NCBI GenBank assembly: GCA_951406725.2
Contig: OX597814.1
Location: 159,340,001 to 159,404,000 of the forward strand
From: Octopus vulgaris
Taxonomy: Eukaryota
DNA length: 64,000 bases
Direction: 5' to 3'
Program-made: the position numbers and the translations under genes
The notes under the pieces: generated by a model
Databases searched by the model: none
What the model saw: only the letters and a program-made list of their open reading frames with translations
What the model was told of the DNA's origin: nothing
Part shown: positions 54,378-64,000 of the stretch, piece by piece
Layout of the letters: the number at the start of each line of letters is the position of its first letter
Position numbering within the stretch: the first letter of the stretch is position 1

Positions 54378-54526
54378 GAAGAAGATGATCTTCCTTATGA
54401 GGAGGATATCCTTCGAAACCCCTACTCTGTCAAATGTTGGCTTCGTTATATTGAACACAAGAAAGAGGCTCCAAAAACTGTTATAAACATGATATACGAA
54501 AGGGCCATTAAAGAAATGCCTGGAAG
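54378..54526 (+). CDS. XAB2: XAB2/SYF1 exon 2
   Basis: ccag|EEDDLPYEEDILRNPYSVKCWLRYIEHK...YERAIKEMPG AG|gtaatg (149 nt). Confidence 0.96.
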
Positions 54527-55134
54527 GTAATGGTATAATTTGGAAATATGTCTTTATTATTCTTGTTTGATTATTTAGTTTGACTGATGAGAGCAGTGCA
54601 GTAGATGTTCATATTCAGCCTCTGAGGCTGAGGTCATTATGTAAAATATTAGCAACAAAAGATTTCAAATGGTTGTGTATCTGGTAGCATGATTTGATCA
54701 AAGTGTTTAGTGTGAGATGATTTTTAGAGTAAGAGAGAATAAGAATGAAGCGGGGAGATGAAGATGATAACGAAGTTTAGTCTCAGTTTAACTCTCACAC
54801 AGTAAACCTGGTTACAAATGTTCTAACCCAACCACCTTATCTTTTTTGGAGTAAGTAGGGCGACATATTTAATGTTTTTGTGCTTATTTGATGCAGTAGG
54901 TGTTATCTGAAGGAAGTTGGTTTCTATTTCTAGGCAATTGAACAATCATATAGAAGTTTTCTTGACTCAGAGAGGCAGGTGAATTGGGTGGGAGTGGTAT
55001 ACAGCTTACCATATATACTCATATACAAATCACACTCGTTTTGTCTTATAATATCTGGTTTCCACATTTGACCCATGTATAAGCTGCAAGCTATTTTCTA
55101 TAAGTACTGTTTGTGACATTGCTGAAATTTATCA

Positions 55135-55570
55135 TCATCTTTTAACATCCTTTGTCCATCCTGCCATGGGTTGGACGGTTTGACCAGGGCTGGCAAACTG
55201 AAAGGCTGCTCCAGACTCCAGTCTGATTTGGCAAGGTTTCTACAGCTGGATGCCCTTCCTAATGCCAACCACTTTGAAAGTGTAATGGGTGCTTTTACGT
55301 GTCACCAGCATGGGTACCATTTGCATGACACCAATATCTGCCATGACTGCGATTTTACTTGGCTTGATGGGTCTTCTTCTCAAACATGACAATGCCAAAG
55401 GTCTTGGTCATTCATCATTGCCTCCATGAGGCCCAACACTTGAAAGGAGCTTTTCATATGATGCCACTAGCATCAGCCACTTTACCTCTGTGAGGCCCAA
55501 TGCTTGAAAGGTGTTTTTTATGTGGGCCAGGCACAGATGCTAGTTATGTGACACCAGCATCAGCCATGAC
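55135..55570 (-). mobile_element. SINE family D (GGAAGGGCATCCAGC core, MESC-like) plus repeated LINE-derived units
   Basis: CCATG..GGGTTGGACGGTTTGAC...GGATGCCCTTCCTAATGCCAACCAC. Confidence 0.7.
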
Positions 55571-56780
55571 TGATTTCACTTGGCTTGATTGATCTTCTCA
55601 AAAATAGCATATCAACAAAGGTCTCATTCACTGGTTATTGCCTCTGTGAGACCCAAAGTTCGAAGATCATGCTTCATTACCTTGTCCCATCTCTTTTGGG
55701 GTCTATCTCTACCACAGGTTCCCTCCACAGTTAGAGATTGGTACTTCTTTACACAGCTGTTCTCATACATACCAGCGCAGTCGTCTCTCTTGCACACCAC
55801 ATCTGATGCCTCTTATGGCCACCTTTTCTCTCAAGACATTTACACTCTGTCGAACATGCACACTGACATTGCACATCCAATCAAGCATACTGGCTTCATT
55901 TGTTTCAAGTTTACGCAAGTCCTCAGCTGTCACAGCCCATATTTCACTGCCAAGTAGCATAGCTGTTCGCATACAAGCATCATACGATCTGCCTTTCACT
56001 CTGAGAGAGAGGCCTTTTGTTACCAGCAGAGGTAGGAGCACTCTGAACTTTGCCCAGCCTACTCTTATTCTCACAGCTACGTCTCGGAACATCCACCTCC
56101 ACTACTAACTTGGTCACCTAGATAACAGAAGCCATCTGCTACCTCTAGCTCACCCCACTGGCAGTTGATGGAGTTTATTTTCTGTACATTTTCAGTGTTT
56201 ATTGTACCTGTGCATCTTCTACTCACAAAAGCTATTTTCCCTGTTAACCTTCCTCTGATATTGCTGCACCTCTTATGTGTCCATAACTTACACTAGGTAC
56301 ATCTTATGGAGTTTCTACTTACACCTTTTTTTACAGATTTAGCAGGGCCATCTACCTGAAGGAATTTATGATTTGTCTGCCTTCCTACTTACTAAGATTT
56401 TGGTTTTTGCTAGATTAACTTATAAGGCACTTTGATTCTAGACCTTGCTTCCATATCTGAAATGTCTTCTCTAGTTCTGGTAGTGATTCAGCTATAAGAA
56501 CAAGTTCATCGGCATAGAGGAGCTCCCAGTGTAGCTTGTCTTAAATTCCTCTGTTATTGCCTGGAGGACTATGGTGAACGAGAGGGGGCTGAGGACCAAT
56601 CGTAGATGAACTACTACTTATACTCTAAATTCTTCGCTGTGCTTGTTGCCAGCCCTCACCTTACTGCAAGCATCCCTGTACATGATTTGTACAGCTCTCA
56701 CCAACTATTTGTCTATCCTTAGTTTCCGCATTGACCACCAGATAAGGGATTGGGGGACCCTATTGAAGGCTTTTTTCCAA
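55570..56780 (-). mobile_element. RTE-type LINE fragment in XAB2 intron 2
   Basis: RIRVGWAKFRVLLPLL...KGRSYDACMRTAMLLGSEIWAV...RRLRWY; ELLYADELVL-type RT motif near 56500. Confidence 0.88.
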
Positions 56781-57614
56781 GTCTCTGCAGCATTACTGTT
56801 AACAGTCTATAGTCACTGTTGTTGCACTTATAATAATCCTAATCTATTAAAATCCAACTGTTATATGGGTTGGGTACTTAGTTTGTTACTCTGAAAGTTC
56901 CTTATCTAGCAATTCATTTTCTCTTCTTTTATTCTTTTACTTGTTTTAGTCATTTAACTGTGGCCATGCTGGAGCACTGCCTTTAACACCGTTCTATATA
57001 TCATATTGAAATTACCCCATTTTTCAAAAGCTTTTGCCATCATTGTGCTTGGAATACTTTTTCATTTTTCTTTCACTCCTTGTACAGCAATATCTCTGCC
57101 TACTTTTACTTACCTAATGCTAGACCATTTCTTTTCATGAATCTCATACACCACTCAATTGAAGCATGGAATTTTTGGAGTAATATATTTACTTTGATAG
57201 TTGTAATGCCTGGTCATGAAGAAATATTACCTTACTTGGAAACTGGTGAGGGTTGGTGACAAGACGGGCATCCAGCTGTAGGAAGTCCACCTCAATAAAA
57301 TTCTGTCCCATGCTTGCTTGTGTCTGATGTTAAAATGATCATGATAATAGATATATAGTCACTATGATTAATGATCACAGAATATGAGGACCAAAAAGTT
57401 TAGTTGTATAGCAAGTTTCAAAGGTTTAGTTGTGTTCATGTGTAATAGTGCTAAACTATTTCCTTAATGTTTATAGTTATTGTACAAACTCAAAATGGTG
57501 AATTTATTAAAGGATATTCATTGTTGAAAATCAATTGGAAATTCAATTAAAATCTATTATAAATTTTGACTACTTAAAATAATTCTAAAATTTTTTTTTG
57601 TTTTTCTCTTTTAG

Positions 57615-57738
57615 TTATAAATTATGGTATAATTACTTAAAGCTTCGACGCAGACAAATCCGTGGTCGCTGTATCAGTGACCCTGCTCATGATGATGTGG
57701 CTAATGCATATGAAAGATCTTTGGTCTTCATGCATAAG
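57615..57738 (+). CDS. XAB2: XAB2/SYF1 exon 3
   Basis: ttag|T YKLWYNYLKLRR...YERSLVFMHK|gtatat (124 nt). Confidence 0.96.
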
Positions 57739-58374
57739 GTATATGTTATTTGGTTTTGTTTGAATTTTACAGTTTTCCTCCTATGTCTATGGCATTCTTC
57801 ATTCATAATTATTCTTCAGAATGCTTAATATAATTTTCAAAGCATTGAGCATTTTCCTTTTGATTTACTTTAAATTATATTTTAATACATTAATTATACT
57901 TTAATGAATTTGTCACTAATAATGCATTCATTTTGTGCTAATTAAATTATATTTTCTGTACTCCAATTTTTTTTTCTCCATATATATCAAACATATATAT
58001 CAATAACTCTGAATAAAAACTGATACAGAAGTGAACTACTCTAGTCTAGCTTCAGGAAACTTCTCTAGTCCCAGTGGCATGGTAATATGCACCTAGCCAT
58101 ACTGTAAGACAAATACAAAAACAAAGTTGGTTGATTTTCACTGTGTGCTAGATAATGTGAACCATAACAGGATGCTGAAACCAGTCCAATGTATGCCAGC
58201 ATGGGAAAATAGACAAAGTGTTGTTGATGTTGATCATGATCATCATCATTTAATTTGCATTTGGTATTATCATATTGGCCATGTGAGTAGAACATCAGAG
58301 ATTATCCTAAAGATCCCACCAAAAGGACTTAGCTACTCTTAGCTGTAAAGTAGACCAGTTAAGTGACTTAATCA

Positions 58375-59090
58375 TCATCATTTAATGTTCAGCTTCCATG
58401 CTAGTGTGGATTAAACAGTTTGACAGGATCCAAAAAGCCAGAGAACTTCATATGGTTCCAATGTTTGTTCTGGCATAGTTTTTTTAACCAGATGCCCTTT
58501 CTAATGCCAACCACGTTACAGTGTGTACTGGCTGCTTTTTCATGACACTGGCACTTGTGAGGTTGCCAAATAACTAACAAGACAAAGAAAAGCCGTTTGA
58601 CTGAGTGGGGTTGTAGTAAAAAGGAAGATGACATGCCAGGTGTTAAGCTAAAGTATGACCAAAGGACGGACAGATGTCTTCATATAGAGGAAATATGTGG
58701 TTTCCCACACATTATATTAGGGTGAGTCGTTGGGAATATGTGGTTTCCCATACATTGTGAATAGTTGGAAAGAAGACAATGATAGTGGTGATGATGTGCA
58801 TTTCATAAATGTCTAACTTAGTGACTCAGGCAGTATGAGTGAAATTGAGTTTCACCCTCTTGAATTTTTCTATTTTTTGTCTTGCAAGTACCTGGTGACC
58901 TTATCAGTGCAGGTGCCACTTAAAAGCACCCAGTTCACATTATAAAGTGGTTGGTGTTCAGAAGGGCATCCAGTTGTAAAAACCTTGCCTGTGCTTGTGC
59001 CATGTAAAAAGCACTAAGCCCACTCTGCTGAGTGGTTGGTGTTAGGAAGAGCATCCAGCCATAAAACTCCTGCCAAAACAGTCTGGTGAC
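58375..59090. mobile_element. Two oppositely oriented SINE family D copies in XAB2 intron 3
   Basis: GATGCCCTTTCTAATGCCAACCAC at about 58490, and GTGGTTGGTGTTAGGAAGAGCATCCAGCC-type sequence at about 58950-59060. Confidence 0.7.
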
Positions 59091-59493
59091 AGCGGCAATG
59101 AAGAAGAAGAAGAACTGTGTGAAAATTTGTTGGATGGATTGCACCTCTGTTTCAAAGATTCAGCTTGTTACTTTTTATCTCAGTGTTTCACCAGATAATT
59201 ATGTTAAAACTGCACTTCTGTCGGTGAAATGCTCAGCCACTTACATACTAATTTAATGACCATCCTGTTTTATTTTGGTGGGTAATGTACTTTAGACTAC
59301 ATTAGCCAGTATTTCCTTTTTCCTTTCAGCTGGTAAAGTGTGGCTTGAGGGATATTTAGTTGCAATTTTTTATGTTAAGTGACCTCGTATTGACTATTGG
59401 TTTTTGCTTGTTATGAATCCTCACTGTGTGCTACTATACACTCGTATATTATAAACCAAATAAAAACTAATGGTTTTTATATTCTTTTCACAG

Positions 59494-59691
59494 ATGCCTC
59501 GTATTTGGCTTGACTATTGCCAACTTCTTATGGACCAATGTAAAATTACCTCCACTAGATATACATTTGATCGAGCTTTGCGTGCTCTCCCAATCACTCA
59601 ACACCATAGGATATGGCCTCTATATTTACAGCTAGTAACTATGTATCCCTTACCAGAAACAGCTGTCAGGATCTATCGACGATATTTGAAG
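59494..59691 (+). CDS. XAB2: XAB2/SYF1 exon 4
   Basis: cag|MPRIWLDYCQ...FDRALRALPITQHHRIWPLYL...YRRYLK|gtaatt (198 nt). Confidence 0.97.
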
Positions 59692-60384
59692 GTAATTTGA
59701 GGTCTAAAGTCTTTATATATATAAATATATTCTTTTTATATTTTCATAAAAGCTAAGTTGTGAAGATATTTTTCTTCCTTTTTTTTCCTTTAAATTGATA
59801 TATGCTTTTTGTTTTATCATAAAGACTGACAAAAGTCAGTTATTGATATTGTAAGCATTTATTATCAGGATAAACACATACTCCTCATTTGTATGTTTGT
59901 GAATATAGGTATCTTATACATAAAAATGCTTGTGAAAAATTCTCTAAGTTTATAAAGATAGTTGTACTGTAAAGTATTAAACTCTTAATTCAGAGTTTAA
60001 TCTAGCCTACAAGTTCCCCTTTTTTTTTAAATCAATTAATATTCTTTATTTATCATATTTTAAATTTAACAAGTAGGCAATTCAGTTGCTCATTGTCCAA
60101 ACTAATGGAAGATCCTTCAACATATCTTTATCAAAATGTAACATCTTTTACCATATACAGTTTTAGTTTAGATTCTTTGCCAGAAATATACAGAAAATGA
60201 TACTGAAAAAATTTTTACGTCAATCTTCTTTTACCAAAATGATTGTAATAATTCTTTTGAAAAGTTTTCATTTAATTGTATGTATAATCATCTCTCTCTC
60301 TCTCTCGTCTTATACTTATTTCATTTCAATATAATCATGTAAATTATTCTAATATTACTGGGTATTTTATGTATTTCTTTATAG

Positions 60385-60519
60385 CTTAAGAAAGAAGATA
60401 CTGAACAATATATTGATTACCTAATCTCTATTGATTGGCTTGATGAAGCGGCACAACGTCTAGCAACTATTATAAATGATGAACAGTTTGTCTCAAAAAA
60501 AGGAAAATCTAAACATCAA
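60385..60519 (+). CDS. XAB2: XAB2/SYF1 exon 5
   Basis: atag|LKKEDTEQYIDYLISIDWLDEAAQRLATIINDEQFVSKKGKSKHQ|gtaagt (135 nt). Confidence 0.95.
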
Positions 60520-61680
60520 GTAAGTTATTCCACTGATGGACTTCAAGCATTTAAATCATATCAAATAGTTTATGGTGTGTGTGAAAGATAGTTGTTCATC
60601 ACTATGTTGTTATCAGTTTGGCATTCAGCTTCCTGATTTTGAAGGACTTGCTATATAGCCTTTATATAAGCATTTATAACATTAATAGAACCAAAGCAGT
60701 ACTTGTATATAGAAAAATAGGATGAGTGTATATCTGAGGCTATGAAGAGAATTAAATTAACTAGCATGCAGTCTGTATTTCATTAACTAAAGAATATCAT
60801 GATTAGACAATGTAGTATCTTATTGAAAATTAAATTAAATGTTCATAGGCATAAGAATAGTAATGAATTATATATATTTTTCCTACATTACCAACAGATT
60901 ATAAATCTCATGTAATCCTCTTTTAGTTAATATAGTTAATAGAATAGTTCTACCAATGAAAATATAATAATTCTACCAGTTACACAGCATGTGATTTGTG
61001 AGTACAGATTAAAGTAGGACAGAGTTCAGACAAGAATATAACAGATCTTAATGTATACACCTGTCATTGCAAAGTTTTCTTAAATATACATATATATTTT
61101 CACAATTTACAAAGACATTTGTCTATTGTATGTAGAAAATGTTAAAGAGATAATTGACTGGAGTAAAGACATGTAAATAGTGTATTCTTTTAAACTAGTA
61201 AAAGTTATTCTGTCAAGGCCGTGACAAAACATTAACAGCTGGCTAAATGTGAGAGGGAGAAATGAAACAGCTTACCAATAGCTGCCAGTGATGGCAGAGA
61301 GAAAGAAATTGCATGTTTTCTTTATGTAGCCAGAAAATGGCTTACTGACTACTACTCATAGATTGACTAAAATAACAAACAGAACTAAGATGAAACTAAA
61401 ATCTGCATAAGATTATTAAGGGGTTAAGGAAAACATGTAATGTAAAAAAAGCAATTGTAATATAACAAAAATATACAATTTTTATTTAAATTGTGCAAGA
61501 TGTATTTTCATTTGAAATCTCATCTATGTTTTCTTTTAATTATAGAATAAATGAAATAGCTTTCCTTCAGCTGTCTTTTCCTTCTGTTGCTAAAAATAAC
61601 TGAAAAAAAATCTATTTGTCTTTTGTTTGGTATAAAAAGGTTTATGTATGCTTTATTATTCAATTATCTTTGTATTTCAG

Positions 61681-61845
61681 TTATGGAATGAGTTGTGTGA
61701 CCTAATTGCAAAACATCCTGACAAAGTAACTTCTCTAAAAATTGAACCAATTATTCGACAAGGTCTCAAATTATACTCGGATCAAATTGGAGTCCTTTGG
61801 AATTCAATGGCTGATTATTACATTCGAGGTGGACATTTTGAAAGA
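61681..61845 (+). CDS. XAB2: XAB2/SYF1 exon 6
   Basis: tcag|LWNELCDLIAKHPDKV...LWNSMADYYIRGGHFER|gtaagc (165 nt). Confidence 0.97.
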
Positions 61846-61919
61846 GTAAGCAAAAATATATTTTAATTCCTATCAACAATTTCTTTTCTTTAATAACATA
61901 TTGTTTTTTCTTTAAATGT

Positions 61920-62460
61920 CAAGGGGGATCCTTAGAAGTAGTAGATAATTTCTGTTACATAGACAACCAAATTAGCAGTGGAGGAAAATGCTCTGAAAGC
62001 ATACGGCTGAGCAAAGTTGAGAGAGCTATTTCCTCAGAATGAAAGACAGATTGTATGAAGCTATGCTACATAATGGCAAAATGTGGGCTGTGAATGCAGT
62101 TCATGCAAAGACTTGATACATATGAAGCCAGCATGCTCTGCTGGATGTGCAATGTCAGTGTGCATGTACTACAAAGTGTTAATGTGTTGAGATAAAAATT
62201 GTTTATAAGTGGTATCAGATGTAATGTCTAGGAGAGAAGACTGTGCTGGTATGGTCATATGATGCATATGGATGAAGGCAGCTGCATAACGAAGTGCCAA
62301 ACTCTAAATGTGTAGGGAACCTGTGAAAAGACCTAAGGTCATGTGGAATGAAGTGGTGAAAAATGTTTTTCGGTTGTTAAACTTCACAGAGGAGATAACA
62401 AAGGACCAAGCTGATTGGCGATTTGCTGTGCTTGAGAAGACCCATCCAGCTAAGTAAAAT
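61920..62460 (+). mobile_element. RTE-type LINE 3' fragment in XAB2 intron 6 (same family as 55570-56780, opposite orientation)
   Basis: LEVVDNFCY..DQISSGG..., GAAGCCAGCATGCTC..CTGGATGTGCAATGTCAGTGTGCATGT, RRLCWYGH. Confidence 0.8.
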
Positions 62461-63039
62461 TGAGGCCATAAAGACACCTCTTTTATGTCCATATCCCTGT
62501 CAGACCTCTCCCCCTCAACCCATCATCCTAACACCTCTCCCTCCTTCCACTTGTGTCCTCCTCTTGCTGTAATTCCCTCCCTTCTATCTCACACTTTCCC
62601 TCACACACTCACAGTCCTACATGCACTCATGTCCTTGTTGAATCTCATCCTCAACATATCCTCCTAACACCACCTCCCACTCATTGTATCCACTTGCTAC
62701 ATTCTCTTTCCCACCTCTCCATCTCCTGCTTTCTTTTCACAATCTCAAACTCACTCACTCTATCCAACCTTTAGTTCCACTTCATTTACAAACACTTCCT
62801 AGTTACTTGAGTGTACTACCCCCATCACATCTTCATCATCTCTCTCTCTCTCTCCCTTCCTCGCTCCCCCTCCCTCCCCTCCTTCCTTCCCCCTCCCTCT
62901 CTCTATCTATCTATCTGTCTATCTAGTACCCATGTTTCTCCTCTGCTGCAAAACTCCTGTTTCTGTCCCTGTATTCATACTCTAACCTCTCCTCACCTAG
63001 CACAAAGCACCTCTCTCAATACACCCAGCTCAGTTGAGA

Positions 63040-63650
63040 AGTCTTGTCCTATCTGCAAGTTATCTGGTAACCTCACTGCTGCTGGTGCTATGTAAATAGA
63101 ATCCAGTATACCCTGTAAAGTGGTTGGTGTTACAAAGGTCATCAAGTAGTAGAGACTATTGCCAGAGCAGATAGTAGAGCTTAGATAGTTAAAATTTAAA
63201 AACTTTGGTAGTTATGGATGTTTAGTTAACTAGGAAATATTCACCAACCTGTTCTTTTGATGAAAAATACTTTGAATATTTCTACTTATTTGTTTATTTA
63301 GTTTTAAAGTAAAATATATCATTATCATCATTGTTTAACGTCCGCTTTCCATGCTGGCATGGGTTAGACAGTTTGACTGGAACTGGTAAATAGGAGAGTT
63401 GTGCCAGGGCCCTTTTTTACACCAACTACTCCAAGAGTGTAATGGGTGCTTTATTACATGTCACCAGTGTGGGTGCCATTTATATGACACCAGTAATAGC
63501 CATGACTATGATTTCCGGTGTCACGTAAATAGCACCCATGCTGATGACATGTAAAAAGCACCCGTTACACTCTTGGAGTGGTTGGCATTTGAAAGGGCAT
63601 CCAGCCATAGAAACCATGCCAAATCAGACTAGAACTCAGTGCAGCTCGCC
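63040..63650. mobile_element. Cluster of SINE family D copies, including a head-to-head inverted pair
   Basis: Copies at about 63040-63170, 63325-63495 and 63515-63650. Confidence 0.75.
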
Positions 63651-63806
63651 AATATATAATTGTCATAATTAGCTTATCATCTTTTTTTGTTCTGTTATAT
63701 TTTTATCTGACGTTTCTATAATGCTGCATTTTAAATTTCTTTTCTAACATTTATAAGTGGAAGATCTTTATATGATTTTTACTTAAAAATAAATTCTTTA
63801 TATCAG

Positions 63807-63951
63807 GCTCGTGATATCTATGAAGAAGCTATTCAGACAGTCGTAACAGTCAGGGATTTTACCCAGGTATTCGATGCATATGCTCAGTTTGAGAAAAATA
63901 TGGTTAGTGCAAAAATGGAAGCAATGTCTGATTCAGGAACATCTCAAGAAG
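63807..63951 (+). CDS. XAB2: XAB2/SYF1 exon 7 (gene continues beyond the window)
   Basis: tcag|ARDIYEEAIQTVVTVRDFTQVFDAYAQFEKNMVSAKME...QE G|gtaaca (145 nt). Confidence 0.96.
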
Positions 63952-64000
63952 GTAACATTGTGTTTGTTTATTTATTCAACAACTCATTTATCAACTGAAC

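Noticed and set aside
57739-57750. GTATAT donor as a possible U12 intron
   Set aside because: It lacks the GTATCCT consensus; all XAB2 introns here look like U2 GT-AG.

Overview
This is AT-rich, repeat-dense eukaryotic genomic DNA. Its SINE/LINE repertoire and abundant (TA)n, (CA)n, (GATA)n and (TATG)n microsatellites point to an Octopus (coleoid cephalopod) genome. The only confidently identified gene is the 5' part (coding exons 1-7, + strand, 52070-63951) of the pre-mRNA splicing factor XAB2/SYF1, which runs off the window. The rest holds a decayed full-length CsRn1-type Gypsy LTR retrotransposon (9387-13464, -), an RT-less element with a gag-like zinc knuckle, a mariner remnant, CR1/RTE/Penelope fragments, Helitron-like elements, MITEs and many tRNA-derived SINEs. 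Between about 19.7 and 32.2 kb, four GC/CpG-richer non-repetitive islands carry splice signals that assemble into unannotated small spliced ORFs on both strands, including a 53-aa ORF starting MGCxxS. These are the best candidates for something undescribed, but they are unverified. Repeat boundaries are approximate unless a TSD is cited.
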